NCBI RefSeq assembly: GCF_006345805.1 | Contig: NC_043018.1 | Span: 20,212,001 to 20,276,000, forward strand | Length of the DNA: 64,000 nt | Direction of reading: 5' to 3' | Origin: Octopus sinensis | Taxonomy: Eukaryota | Made by a program: the position numbers and the translations under genes | In this document: piece after piece, positions 1 through 13,178 of the stretch | How the letters are laid out: every line of letters starts with the position of its first letter | Position numbering within the stretch: position 1 is the first letter of the stretch | The notes under the pieces: model-generated | The model's input: only the letters and a program-made list of their open reading frames with translations | Databases searched by the model: none | Told to the model about the DNA's origin: nothing

Positions 1-30
1 TCATGTTTCTTGGTGAAAAGTAATAATAAC

Positions 31-606
31 AAGAGCACTGATAGAGTGCAAATCTCCGCTAAGGCAACACCAATGTCCTCTCAATGATTAGTTGGAGATT
101 ATTTTAAAATAATTTCGGAGATGTACTTGCATAGCGAGTAACTTGATCCGAGATCGTGTGCTCGAACGAAAACAATTGCAGCGTAGAAGGTGTTTATAAG
201 TCATTTAAGAAACGCACAAAAATCGTTAGATTCACTTCAGCATTTAAATTTAATTTGTCAAAATATTTTCGTCACTTTGAGACCGAGATCTGTTCACTGA
301 CAAAACTTCGTGCTGCATCTGTTGTTTTTAAATAAGAATATCTGAAATAAACTCAGCTGCTCTCATAAACGAGAATACTAAAAATGAACTTGACTGCTCT
401 CAAAAATTAAGTAAAAGAACAGGAAAAATAATCCAGAATCCTTGTCCAGTACCGGATCGACCCCAAAATCTTCTCAGTTCGTGCCAGTTATGAGGTCAAA
501 CATCCCTGAAAGTTTCATCTGAATCCATTCAGTGGTTGTTGAGATATCTTGTCTATAGACAAACAAACAAACACAAATGAAAACAATACCTCTAGGGCAG
601 AGGTAA
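31..606 (-). mobile_element. Helentron-associated (DINE-1/HINE-like) non-autonomous element with a ~215-bp foreign insert (~110-325)
   Basis: On the minus strand: 5' CCTCTGCC self-hairpin end (~590-606), (GTTT)n tract (560-572), sub-terminal inverted repeat TTGCCTTAGCGGAGAT, and 3' stem-loop GCACT-gatag-AGTGC (35-49). A second copy at 61008-62052 is homologous and lacks the 110-325 insert. Confidence 0.65.
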
Positions 607-826
607 TAATAATCATTTCTACCATAGGCACAAGGCCTGAAATACGAGAAGGAGGACAGATGAATACATTGACCCCAGTACACAACCATTACTTATTTTA
701 TTGACCCTGAAAGGATGATAGGCAAAGTTGACCTCAGTGGAATTTGAACTCGGAATGTAAAGACTGGTGAAATATTGCTAAGCATTTTGCTCTGCATGCT
801 AACAATTCTGCCAGTTCACCACCTTA
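606..826 (-). mobile_element. SINE family B (tRNA-like head; TTTGCCTTTCATCCTTTCGGGGTCGATAAA..AAGTACCAG core), diverged copy
   Basis: Reverse complement of the taaggcggcgagctggcagaa...gagttcaaattcc head and core seen in more than 15 other copies; (AAT)n tail. Confidence 0.8.
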
Positions 827-951
827 AATAATAGCAATAACAATAATAATAATCCTCTCCATTATATGCACAAGGCCTGAAATTTTTGTGGGAGGGGATA
901 AGTTGATTATATCGATCTCGGTGCATAACTGGTACTTATTTCATTAACCCA

Positions 952-1334
952 GGTGTTGGAGTGGCTGTGCGGTAAGTAGCTTGCTTATGAGCCACAAGGT
1001 TCCAGGTTCAGTCCCACTGCATTGCACCTTGGGCAAGTGTCTTCTGCTATAGCCTCGGGCCGACCAAAACCTTGTGACTGGATTTGGTAGACAGAAACTG
1101 AAAGAAGCCCGTCGTATATATGTATATACATATGTGTGTATGTATATGTTTGTGTGTCTGTGTTTGTCCCCCCAACATCGCTTGACAACTGATGCTGGTG
1201 TGTTTATGTCTCTATAACTTAGCGGTTCGGCAAAAGAGACCGATAGAATAAGTTCTAGTCGATTTTCTCGACTAAAGGAAGTGCTTCAGCGTGGCCACAG
1301 TCAAATGACTAAAACAAGTAACAGAGTAAAAGAG
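952..1334 (+). mobile_element. SINE family A (tRNA-like head, CCTTGGGCAAGT CORE-like box, internal TA/TG microsatellite, GCGGTGCTCCAGCATGGCCGCAGTCAAATGACTGAAACAAGTAAAAGAG tail)
   Basis: Colinear with about 20 other copies in the window. Confidence 0.9.
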
Positions 1335-1889
1335 TTAACCCCTAAAGGATGAAAAGCAAAGTCGACCTCAGTGGAATTTGAAATCAGAACGTAAGAACAA
1401 GCAAAAGGCCACTAAGTATTTTGTGAATGATTCTGCCAGCTTGCCACCTTAGTTACCTTCCCGAGTCATGCTGACTCGTAAGGGCTGCTTTCCCAGTTTC
1501 TGTGGCATATAAATTCCCCACTTGGAAGGGGACGCCGGTTCCTCATCGGATTACCAATTCTTGCCAGCTGAGTGGACTGAAGCAATGTGAAATGAAGTGT
1601 CTTGCTCAAGAACACAACACATGACTTGACCTCGGAATCAAAACCACACTCTTACAATCATGAGTCTGGTGATGGCAACTCCTCACCTGCCTTGAATCGG
1701 GAATGATGGAGTCGACTTTTCTTTTCACATCCACGTTGTTGCACTTTTATTACGATCGTCTAACGATGAAGGTATTAATTAGAAGAGGTAATGATGTCGA
1801 TATTAATTAATATTATTTGACAGTGACAGTAGTAACTCTAGTTTCTTCATCATGTGAGCCCCTGGACCTCTGGTCATGTAGCATCTTTC

Positions 1890-2244
1890 TCACATGCACA
1901 CATGTGGACATGCACGCAAACAGACATGCATGTGCTCAGACACACATATATACATACACACACATATACATATGCACACACACTCTGGAGACATGCACGC
2001 ACATACATACACATGGACATACACAAATGGACACAGGCTTGGACAGAGATATACACACACGCACACAGGCATAAATGTGCAGATTTACACACAGACACAT
2101 GGACACACACACACATAAATACACATGGACATACACAAATGGACACGGGCTTGGACAGAGATATACACACACACACGCACACAGACATAAATGTGCAGAT
2201 TTACACACAGACACATGGACACAAATGCACACACACACACACAC
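1890..2244. repeat. CA-rich minisatellite, ~115-120-bp unit, 2-3 copies
   Basis: ggacagagatatacacac...ataaatgtgcagatttacacacagacacatggacac repeated at ~2040-2105 and ~2155-2222. Confidence 0.8.
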
Positions 2245-3295
2245 ACACACAAATACACATGGACATACACACACTTAGACACGGACACATGCACCACACA
2301 CACTTTCACATGGACACACACACGCATCCCGACACACATTCATACATTCTGACTCTCACGTGCACATCCTCATAACACACACACACACACACACACAAAT
2401 ACACATGGACATACAACACTTAAGACACGGACACATGCACCACACACTTTCACATGGACACACACCACACAGCATCACGACACACATTCATACATTCTGA
2501 CTCTCACGTGCACCATCCTCATAACACACACCACACACACACACACAATACACATGGACATACACACACTTAAGACACGGACACATGCACCACACACTCA
2601 CTTCACATGCCACACACACACGCGCATCACGACACACATTCATACATTCTGACTCTCACGTGCACATCCTCATAACACACACACACACACACACACAAAT
2701 ACACATGGACATACACACACTTAAGACACGGACACATGCACCACACACTTTCACATGGACACACACACACACGCATCCCGACACACATTCATACATTCTG
2801 ACTCTCACGTGCACATCCTCATAACACACACACACACACACACACAAATACACATGGACATACACACACTTAAGACACGGACACATGCACCACACACTTT
2901 CACATGGACACACACACACACGCATCACGACACACATTCATACATTCTGACTCTCACGTGCACATCCTCATAACACACACACACACACACACACAAATAC
3001 ACATGGACATACACACACTTAAGACACGGACACATGCACCACACACTTTCACATGGACACACACCACACGCATCCGACACCACATTCATACATTCTGACT
3101 CTCACGTGCACATCCTCATAACACACACACACACACACACACAAATACACATGGACATACACACACTTAAGACACGGACACATGCACCACACACTTTCAC
3201 ATGGACACACACACACACGCATCACGACACACATTCATACATTCTGACTCTCACGTGCACATCCTCATAAAACACACACACACACACACATATAC
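2245..3295. repeat. Tandem satellite, ~149-bp unit, 7 copies
   Basis: GACTCTCACGTG recurs at 2351, ~2499, 2651, 2800, 2949, 3097 and 3246. Confidence 0.95.
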
Positions 3296-3549
3296 ACACT
3301 TCCTGCGAGGTCACCAGTTGACCCTCGTAGTTTTCAGAAGTGTCTTAAAACGAAAGCCAAGTTAAACAAGAGAATCTCCCGTTGTCCGCAGCGATGATGC
3401 TGTCGTCCGTCTCTTCCCCCCCCTCCTCTTGTATCTATCTTTTAATCTGTAAAATGTTTGTTTATGGCAATGTTATGGGAGATGATGGGCAGCGGCAGAT
3501 CAAACGGAATTCTATCATGGCACACTTCCATTTTGTTTGTTATTCTTCA

Positions 3550-4310
3550 GCTCTCTCCAACTCTTCTTCTTCTTCTTTCACCTCTGCATCTCTCTCTATT
3601 TTCTGCTCTCCACCTCTCTCTCTCGCTCTCTCTCTCTGCTTTTTTTCTCCACACTCTCCACTTGCTATTTCTCTCTTTCTATTTGCCCTCTCTCTCTCTC
3701 TCTCTCTCTGTGCATTTTTTTCTCCACACTCTCCGCTTGCCAATCTTTCTCTCTTTCTCTCATTCTTTCTATCTGCCCTCTCTCTCTCTTCATTTCTCCC
3801 CCTCTCTCTCTTCCTCTGCTCTTCCTTTCTCTCCTCTCCCTCTCTGCTCTCCCCTTTTTGTCTCTCCCTCTCTGCTCTCCTCTCTTTGTCTCTCCCTCTC
3901 TGTTCTTCTCTATTTGTCTGCTGCTCTCTGCTATTTGTCTCTCTCTCTCTCTGCTCTCCTCTTTTTGTCTCTTCCTCTCTGCTCTCCTCTTTTTGTCTCT
4001 TCCTCTCTGCTATCCTCTTTTTGTCTCTCCCTCTCTGCTCTCCTCTTTTTGTCTCTTCCTCTCTGCTCTCCTCTTTTTGTCTCTTCCTCTCTGCTATCCT
4101 CTTTTTGTCTCTCCCTCTCTACTCTCTTTTTGTCTCTCTATCTCTGCTCTCCTCTTTGTTTCTCTCCCATCTCTCTCTACTTTCCCTTTCTCTGCTCTTC
4201 CTCTCTCCTCTCCTTCTTACTACTGTATCTCCATTTGCTCTCTCTCCTCCCTCCCTCTCCTCCCTCCCTCCCTCTCTCTCTCCCCCCCTCTGCTCTCCAC
4301 TATTCGCATC
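3550..4310. repeat. CT-rich low-complexity tract with a ~28-bp minisatellite (ctcttcctctctgctctcctctttttgt)
   Basis: Nearly pure pyrimidine plus strand; repeated unit over ~3950-4150. Explains ORFs 3382-4337. Confidence 0.9.
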
Positions 4311-4390
4311 ACTCTTATAACTAATCAACTGGATTAATAACACTGCTTAACTACATGTTTCAGATTTAGACGCATCGCCTGTGTGTCTCT

Positions 4391-4447
4391 CCCCCCCTCC
4401 GCCCCCCCCTCCCCTCCACCCCCCCTCTCCCTCCGCCCCCCCCCTCC
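4391..4447 (-). other. C-tract cluster; potential G-quadruplex on the minus strand / i-motif on the plus strand
   Basis: More than four runs of >=3 C separated by short loops. Confidence 0.5.
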
Positions 4448-5204
4448 TCTTGTATCATATGTTTAAGGAGGAAAATTATCAGGAAAAGAAAAGTGAAACA
4501 ACAAACGAAAACAAACAAAAAAGAGACAAAAACCTGTGATGGTTGATGTGGTTGTAACCATCACTAAATATCTTCCATTCATTAAATGATTTCTTTCATT
4601 CTCCTCCTCCTCTCCCTCTCCCACCGCTTCCTTTTCTTCCTCATTTTCTTCTCTTCCTCCTCTTCTGCTTCCTCTTCATCTTCTACTTCTTCCAGTTCTT
4701 CTTCTTCTTCATCCTCTTCCTCCTTTTCCACTACTACTTCTTCTTTCGCTTTTTTTCTTCTTCTTTTCATTCAAACAATGAGACTGACTTTAAATAAATG
4801 AATAAAAAAAAATAATAAAAAAAAAAACAGTAACAAAGAAAAAAAAGAAGAAAAAAAAATTCTTAAAAGATTCATTAATTATCCAGCCACCGACCCCATC
4901 CACCCACCACCCGTCGCCACCAACCCTCAGTCCCTTAACCCATCCCCACCCCCATCTCTTCTCCCTCCCTCCCTCCCTCCGTCCGTCTCACTCTCTTCCC
5001 CCCACCCTTCCTCACAGTTTTTAATGGTTAGAGACATTATTAATCTCTCTAATAGACAGGTCTCTCCATCATCCCATCTCACTTTGCCAGACCTGATTCT
5101 CGCTTTGACTTCTGTTTCATATTTTTCTTCTTTTTTTTTTCCATTTCTCTCTCGTCGTTAAAATAAATTCAACTAAGTGATATTAACATTAAATTTCCAT
5201 TTCT

Positions 5205-6535
5205 CAAAACACACACACACACACACCACACACACAGACATACACCATACACACATACATATTACATATACCATTCACACACACACATACATATTACATA
5301 TACCATGCATACACACAGACACACCTCATAGCATATACATATATATATTTATATATATAATACACGTACATATTACATACAGCACACACATACACAAACA
5401 CACACTACATGTATAGCATACATATATATTACATATAGCACACCCACACATACATATACCACACATACATACATATACCACACATACATACATATACCAC
5501 ACACACATACATATACCACACACACACACATACATATACCACACACACACATACATATACCACACACACACATACATATTACATATACCATGCATGCACA
5601 CACATTACTCATATAGCATACACACACATACATATACCACACACACACACACATACATATTACATATACCATGCACGCACACACATTACTCATATAGCAT
5701 ACACACACACATACATATACCACACACACACATACATATTACATATAACATGCACACACACACACACATATGTATATATAATACACGTACATATTACATA
5801 CAGCACACACATACATATTACATATACCATGCACGCACACACATTACTCATATAGCATACACACACATACATATACCACACACACACATACATATTACAT
5901 ATACCATGCACACACACACATACATATACCACACACACATACATATACCACACACACACATACATATACCACACACACACATACATATACCACACACACA
6001 CATACATATACCACACACACACACATACATATTACATATACCATGCATATACACACACACATTACTCATAGCATACACACACACACACACATACACACAT
6101 ATGTATATATAATACACGTACATATTACATACAGCATACACATACACACACACACACTACATGTATAGCATACATATATATTACATATAGCACACACACA
6201 CACACACACATGCATAACACACACAAGTACTATTGCATATATAACGCATGCATGCACATACAACATAAGTACCACACACATGCACACACGTATATTACAT
6301 ACATACACACATACATATACACATACTACATATATAATGCACGTGCATACATAATACATGCACATATACATATCACACACACACACATGCACATACACGC
6401 ATTACACATATCAATCACATTACGTAACACAGCTACATCACACATATACGCTTACTTGTTATATGTAACATGCACACACATGTATTACATATATTACACA
6501 CGCACACACACACACACACACGCATGCATTACATA
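5205..6535. repeat. CA/TA-rich compound micro/minisatellite (acatacatataccacacacac-type units)
   Basis: Visible short-period repeats; the His/Thr/Ile/Tyr ORFs here are artefacts. Confidence 0.9.
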
Positions 6536-6647
6536 AGTTTTTGTATTGTTTTGACTTTTAATTAAGCTCAAAACTTGTTTTCCATTTACGAAACACAATT
6601 AGCATAATTGTCGTTTTATTCAAATCAAACTGGTTCCTTACGAAAGC

Positions 6648-7375
6648 TTCTTCTTCTTCTTCCGACTTCTTCGTCTTCTTCTTCTTCGTCTTCTTCTTCT
6701 TCTGACTTCTACCTTCTTCTTCTTTCTTCTTCTTCTTCCACTTCTTCTTCTACCTTCTTCTTCTTCTACCTTCTTCTTCCTTCTTCTTCTTCTTCTTTTA
6801 CCTTCTTCACCTTCTTCCACTTCTTCTACCTTCTTCTTCTTCTTCCACTTCTAACTTCTTCTTCCACTTCTACCTTCTTCTTCGTCTTCTTCTCCTTCTT
6901 CCACTTCTTCTTCTACCTTCTTCTTCCTTCTACCTTCTTCTTTCTTCTTCCACTTCTTCTTCTTCTTTTACCTTCTTCACCTTCTTCTTCCTTCTTCTAC
7001 CTTCTTCTTCTACCTTCTTCTTCTTCTTCCACTTCTAACTTCTTCTTCCACTTCTACCTTCTTCGTCTTCTTCTCCTTCTTCCACTTCTTCTACCTTCTT
7101 CTTCCTTCTACCTTCTTTCTTCTTCCACCTTCTTCTTCTTCCTTCTTCTACCTTCTTCTTCTTCCACCTTCTTCTTCTTCCTTCTTCTACCTTCTTCTTC
7201 TTCTACCTTCTTTCTTCTTCTACCTTTTTTCTTCTTCTACCTTCTTCTTCTACCTTCTTCTTCCACTTCTCCTTCTTCTTCTCCTTCTTCTTCCACTTCT
7301 TCTTCTTCTTCTTCTACCTTCCTCTTCCTCCTTTTCCTCTACTTGTTGCTGTTTTTCTCCTCCTCCTCCTCCTCA
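6648..7375. repeat. ~730-bp interrupted (CTT)n / GAA triplet tract
   Basis: CTT repeats punctuated by CTA/CCA; polypyrimidine plus strand. Confidence 0.95.
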
Positions 7376-7376
7376 C

Positions 7377-7460
7377 TTTCAGACCAAATAGAAATGGTAG
7401 CGTTTGGTACTTTGCAGAGTATTGCAAACTCTTCTTTTGATTCCTTCCACGGATTTGTAG
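7377..7460 (-). CDS. Candidate internal exon (84 nt, phase 1-1): (A)TNPWKESKEEFAILCKVPNATISIWSE
   Basis: Acceptor ttttcttgcacttttaaag| and donor AAA|gtgagg; open frame; no recognised homologue. Confidence 0.27.
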
Positions 7461-7594
7461 CTTTAAAAGTGCAAGAAAATTGGGCATTTACACCACCACC
7501 ACCACAACCACCACCACCACCACTACCACCACAACAACCAACATTACAATCACTACCACCACTACCATCCCCCACCACCACCAACATCGCATAC

Positions 7595-7733
7595 CTGAGT
7601 GATTGTTAGGTTGATAGCCCTGGCATTGTTCTTCGCATGTACATTCTAACGATGTGCAACTGGCATTTATTTTCATTGACCAAGTAGACAGACAAATAGC
7701 CGTGTTGCATTCATTGTTAGACACAAATTCCTC
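7595..7733 (-). CDS. Candidate exon (139 nt, phase 0-1): EEFVSNNECNTAICLSTWSMKINASCTSLECTCEEQCQGYQPNNHS
   Basis: Acceptor gtagtcgcag| (weak), donor CAG|gtatgc; phase-compatible with 7377-7460 across a 134-nt intron. Confidence 0.25.
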
Positions 7734-8749
7734 CTGCGACTACGAACACACTAGTAATCAACTCTGTATGTGCATGTGTGCACATGTCTGTGTTGGTGTA
7801 AAGCATCTCTTCGGCTGAAACAACAACTCCGAGAGGAGTTGAAAGGCGCACAGAGAATGTGAATATATATTGGTATTCTGACTTTAAAGAGAATCGGTAG
7901 GGATGGCTACTCTACTGACAGCATCGGTGCTCGCAAATAATACAGTTTCCAAACTGCAAAACCCACATCGGTTCCACCAACACCCACCACTCCCACCCAC
8001 CCTCCCTCTGCTGCCCATTTTGGTGTAGCGGTGGTTAAGATACCGACGCTATCTGTTTCTCCTTTTACTATCCGAAATCCATATTCTAAAGAGGTTTTTA
8101 GGCACACACACACACATATACAGAGCGGTCTGTGTGTTTTAATGGGCAGATAAAATGTTGGTAGCTGTCTTCTGTTCAGGTATGGTTGGCCATTGCAAGC
8201 AAATTCAAGAGAAACGCTTTGATAAAAAAAAAATAAAACCTGTTGAATGGTCATGAATAGTCGTTCCATCTCTTTGACAGACAGGTTTTATTGTTAATCC
8301 AGCAGGGTAACCCCCCCTCTCTCTCTCTCTCTCTCACACACACATACCTTTCGCCCACAAAAATGGGCATGTGAAGGTGGTGGTGGTGGTAGTGGTGGTA
8401 CAGGTGCATTTTTGTTGCCAACCGTCGAACTTTGTGACTGGTTGTACTGCATTACATAGTACTGTGTGGTAAGTAAAAACCTGACCAAATAGAGCAAATA
8501 TCACCATTATCGTTACACCGCCGCCACTGATATCATCATCATCTCTGCCACTGCAAATATCATCACCATCACTATCATCATCATCATCATTTTAGGATTC
8601 ACTTTTCTATGCTTGCATATCGTCGTTATCATTATCATTTGGCATCCAGTTTCCAGATGATTTTGCTGGAACAGGTAGGCTGGAGACTCATTCCAGGCTC
8701 CAGCCTGATTTTGGCTTGGTTTCTACAGCTGGATGCCTTACCTAATGCC

Positions 8750-8974
8750 TATTTCTTTACTACCCACAAGGGGCTAAACACAGAGAGGACAGACAAGGAG
8801 ATTAAGTCGATTACATCGAGCCCAGTGTGTAACTGGTACTTAATTTATTGACCCTGAAAGGATGAAAGGCAAAGTCGACCTTGGCGGAATTTGAACTCAG
8901 AATGTAACGGCAAACGAAATACGGCTACGCATTTCGTCCAGCGTGCTAACGTTTCTGCCAGCTTGCCGCCTTAG
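8750..8974 (-). mobile_element. SINE family B with long tail, inserted in an older retroposon
   Basis: Full head, core and tail; 8-bp TSD CTAATGCC at 8742-8749 and 8975-8982. Confidence 0.9.
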
Positions 8975-9371
8975 CTAATGCCAACCACTGCAAACAGTAG
9001 GTGCCTGCTGTGTGTCACCCTCACAGCTGTTCGTTGTGGTATGGATTCTATGGCTGGATGCCCTTCCTAAAGCCAACCACTTAGCGGAGTGTGCTGGCTA
9101 TTTTTTTATGTCACACCATCATGCGTGCGCTTATGCAGCAACAACATGGCTGTATTAACACAGCACCAGCATGGGTGCCTTTTAAGTGGCACTGGCACCT
9201 GTAAAGGCCAAGCCTATATGAGTGGAAGACAGCGGGTTTTACTTAGCTTGATGCGTCATATCAAGTACAGCCAATCACATCTCCCAATCCCTTGCCATTT
9301 TCTATGACACACATCTTTCGGTTTCCATTTACCAAATCCATTGGTATGGCTTTCATTGCTGTAGTCGAAGG

Positions 9372-9675
9372 TATTTAAGTTAAGTTAATTTTTTGGCTCA
9401 AAAAGCAAAAAGCAAGGCCATGTAGGGGGACATGGAGTTATGTACAGGGAGGGCGTTCATGCAAAGAGTTCAGGCCATTTCTGGTCAAGAGAGACTTTGA
9501 ACCGAGTGGTCGTCGGCATCTTCACTATCTTGTCCGGCAGCTTATTCCACGGACTGCAACCCGGACGGAGAAAGCCCCTCTCCTTCGATTGAGATGAAAT
9601 CGTCGCAGATAGAGCTTTTCGGAGTGACCCCGCAGGCTACGCTCTGGAGCAGGAGTGAAGAACAGCTCTTTCTAT
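9372..9675 (-). mobile_element. 5'-truncated CR1-clade LINE (ORF2 C-terminus plus 3' UTR)
   Basis: Minus-strand translation KELFFTPAPERSLRGHSEKLYLRRFHLNRRRGAFSVRVA/PWNKLPDKIVKMPTTTRFKVSLDQKWPELFA* (one frameshift) matches the CR1 RGH..KL..F..RV..WN.LP..FK..LD..W pattern; (AACTT)n tail. Confidence 0.85.
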
Positions 9676-11012
9676 TTGTTGAAGGACTGAACCCAAGGCC
9701 CCCGAAGATGTGTGGTTGAGAAGCAAACTCCTTAACCGTGTATGCCCCATCCTTGCACCTAACTAAAGAACTGGATTTCCATCTTCCTGCTAAATTCTTA
9801 AACCTGCCACTTCAAAATACACCATGATGACAAACAAACTATTAACCTATAATTCTACTGATATACATGTTAACCATGCAGCTTCCTCCATTCATTTCAA
9901 CATTACATTTAATGTAGCCTTTTAATTCGTATACATTTATTGTGCATGACTTTTACTAATATGAAATATGTTCGATTCTCCATTTCAAAAAGCAAGAAAA
10001 AAGAACTTCAAAACCTCAATTTATTGTTTAATCTCATTAGGATTTTCAAAGAAAATTTTCTCTATATAACAGGTTTTGTTTTTTTCAATTATGAAACTTC
10101 ATCTACAGATATTTGATCTGATAAAGCCATTTCGATTTGATTTTACTTTTATTTTATTCCAATTTTGTTTTGTTTTATTCTATTTTATTTTATTTTATTT
10201 CGCTTTTATATGTAACTAAATAGAACTCTGTTTTTGTTTTTATTTTGTTTGTTTGTTTGGTATCTTTTTGTTTTTTTGTGAAGAATAATTTTTTGCTTTC
10301 GTTGTTCTATGTTGTGTTACTTGACAGTTGATTGAAAGACAGAAAGATACATGAAAATGGTTATTACATGCATAAAGAAGGATTATAGCATTAAAAAAAA
10401 AAAAAATGTGATAAAAGTGATTTGCGAGGATTTTCAAGCAATTTTTTATATTTGTTCTTTGATTCTGACAGAAAAATTTACAATTTTATTAGAAACACAG
10501 TATGCCATGATTCTCTGGCACCAAGACTGGATTTTGACTTTGTGAAGCCCTAGGTTGTAGCATCTTTTACTTTATACCGAAATTTAGTACTGCCTGACAC
10601 CACTTCAATAAATCTTCACCCAAATATACATTAGAACCGTTTCTGCTGTTGTTTAGCATTATATCAGTTCTGATCAAGAAAACTTTTCATTGAAGACATT
10701 CTAGCCATGCCCATCTCACCTTTTTCCCAGTCATAGTATCCCTAGAATTACAATATTCTGTGTTTTTCACTATTTAAGCTAGTACAGTGTGCTTTGAAGG
10801 AGATTTGGTTGCTATTTCTAGCAGGTCAATTAACCACTTAAAAATTTGATCGCTGGTTCATAAGAGTTAAAGTTCTTGGTTGCGTTCAACACAAGGGATT
10901 CTATTTAAGATTTCAAGGAACCCCAAACATGTCAGAGTGCTGTTCTAAAAATCTACCATTGCTTCTTTTAGGTTATGTGAGGTCAGGTATCCATAACTTT
11001 ATGCGCACAACA

Positions 11013-11413
11013 GGCACAGGAGTGGCTGTGTGGTAAGTAGCTTGCTTACCAACCACATGGTTCCGGGTTCAGTCCCACTGCGTGGCATCTTGGGCAAGTG
11101 TCTTCTGCTATAGCCCCGGGCTGACCAATGCCTTGTGAGTGGATTTGGTAGACGGAAACTGAAAGAAGCCTGTCGTATATATGTATATATATATATATTT
11201 GTGTGTTTGTGTGTCTGTGTTTGTCCCCCTAGCATTGCTTGACAACCGATGCTGGTGTGTTTACGTCCCCGTCGCTTAGCGGTTCGGCAAAAGAGACCGA
11301 TAGAATAAGTACTGGGCTTACAAAGAATAAGTCCCGGGGTCAATTTGCTCGACTTTAGGCGGTGCTCCAGCATGGCTGCAGTCAAATGACTGAAACAAGT
11401 AAAAGAGTAAGGA
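11013..11413 (+). mobile_element. SINE family A, full length
   Basis: Head, core, microsatellite and tail all present. Confidence 0.95.
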
Positions 11414-11429
11414 GCATGCAGCTTAGTCA

Positions 11430-11730
11430 TTAAGGTCTTCAGCTCATGGTCGTAGAGTCATTCATTTGATTCCTGGTAGTATTTGTGTTCTTGAGCAAGG
11501 CCCTTTGTTCCATGTTGCTCCAATCCCCTCAGCTGGCAACAGTGACTTGTACCTGTAATTCAAAGGGCCGGCATATTCTGTCTGTGTCGTAATGAATCTC
11601 CCTGGAAACAACATTAAGGGTATATGTGTTTGTGGAGTGCTCAGCCACTTGCATGTAAATTTCACAAGCAGGCTGCTCCGTTGATCGGATCAACTGGAAT
11701 CCTTGTCATCGGAACTGACAGAGTGCCAGA
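11430..11730 (+). mobile_element. Diverged SINE family C variant (tRNA head, CTTGAGCAAG CORE-like box, GTGGAGTGCTCAGCCACTTGC domain)
   Basis: Similar to 26540-26858 and 38217-38585. Confidence 0.75.
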
Positions 11731-11903
11731 TTTAGACTGAGAGATTATTGCATTATTATCTTGCTTGGAAACAAGTGGGTTTCACATCAGGAAGGGTACC
11801 TGAGTATAGAAAGCAAAACCTCTATGGAAGCATGGAATAATCAGATCCTGAAATAATAATAATAATAATAATAGTAGTAATAATAATAATAATAATAATA
11901 GTA

Positions 11904-11931
<28 letters not shown>

Positions 11932-11934
<3 letters not shown>

Positions 11935-12357
11935 GGCAGCAAGCTGGTAGAAATGTTAGCACACCGGACGAAATGCCTAGCGGCATTTCACCTGTCTTTA
12001 CGTTTTAAGTTCAAATTCCACCGAGGTTGTCTTTGCCTTTCATCCTTTTAGGGTCAGTAAATTAAATACCAGCTGCGTACTGGAGTCGATCTAATCGACT
12101 GCTCCCTCACTCCCCCCGAAATTTCGGGCCTTGTGCCTAGAATAGAAAATAGTAATAATAATAATAAAAAATAGGGAGAGGAGACACTAGTTGGTTAGTT
12201 CAACCCCAGTATTTCACTGGTACTTAATTCATCGACTTGCAAAGGATGAAAGGCAAAGTTGACCATCATGAAATTTGAACTCAGAACATAAAAACGGACA
12301 AAAAGCCACCGAGCACTTTACCCAGTGTGCTAACGCTTCTGCCAGCTCACCACCTTA
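11932..12357. mobile_element. Two SINE family B copies, tail-to-tail (+ at 11932-12150, - at ~12180-12357)
   Basis: taaggcagcaagctgg head after (AAT)n; reverse-complement copy ending gctcaccacctta. Confidence 0.8.
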
Positions 12358-13178
12358 ATAATGATGTTGATGATGATGACAACAATGAAGTAGCAGCAGC
12401 GGTGGTGGTGGTGGCGGTTTGTTTCAAGGTTGTAATTTTATAGCGGGATCTATTGTAGATCAAATGTCCTTCACTCAAACCTTATTCTGCTCAGCAGGGT
12501 AGATTTGTTGCACACACAATTAACTTCATGAGCAGACTGTTCCAGTGAATTGGATCGACTGGAACCCTCATAACCAATGGAGTGCTGGTTAAGATTCATT
12601 AACCAGACAGGAGGGCTGTTGACTGACAAGACAGAATGATTCCAAAACCACAGGTGTTCCAGTGTCCCTTGCCATAATGAATTTACTGTGTTATGAACAC
12701 ACCTTCTTCATCAAGAAGTTATTCACTTGTAACGAAACACAAGAGTGGTTTTTATATTCATATTCCTGTCTGCTAGGACAGGTTAAAAATAGATATTGTA
12801 AGTCATTGTTTAATAAAGAAGTCAAGCAAGAAATCTAGGTGTCCTTAATTTGCTGTCCCAGTTCATGTTAGTGAGGTGTGTTAACGAACTGTTACTATGG
12901 TTTATTAATAAACTCGTGACTTCGTTTGAATAGTGGAAAACACACACTTGAAATTAAAACACGATAAAATCCAAGTCTACTTTTTTGTCTGTTCTATTTG
13001 TATTTTCTTGCCATGCTCTCTGCTCAGCCATAACTTCAGTCTTTGTAAGTATATATGTGTGTATATATATATATATATATGATTATTATTTGAGGAAATA
13101 AAATCCAAAACTTACAAGGAAAAAAAAATTCAATTTAGAAATACTAAATCAAATTTCACACAATATAATACATATATA

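Noticed and set aside
265-320. Hammerhead-like spacing in the insert within the first Helentron-like element
   Set aside because: The core lacks CUGANGA and this copy lacks an intact stem II.
3382-4337. Three long overlapping ORFs (266-312 aa)
   Set aside because: All three frames are open because of CT-only low complexity; the Ser/Leu/Phe/Pro composition is a translation artefact.
6608-7609. 333-aa ORF
   Set aside because: Consists of (CTT)n and (CCA)n translations with a non-ATG start.
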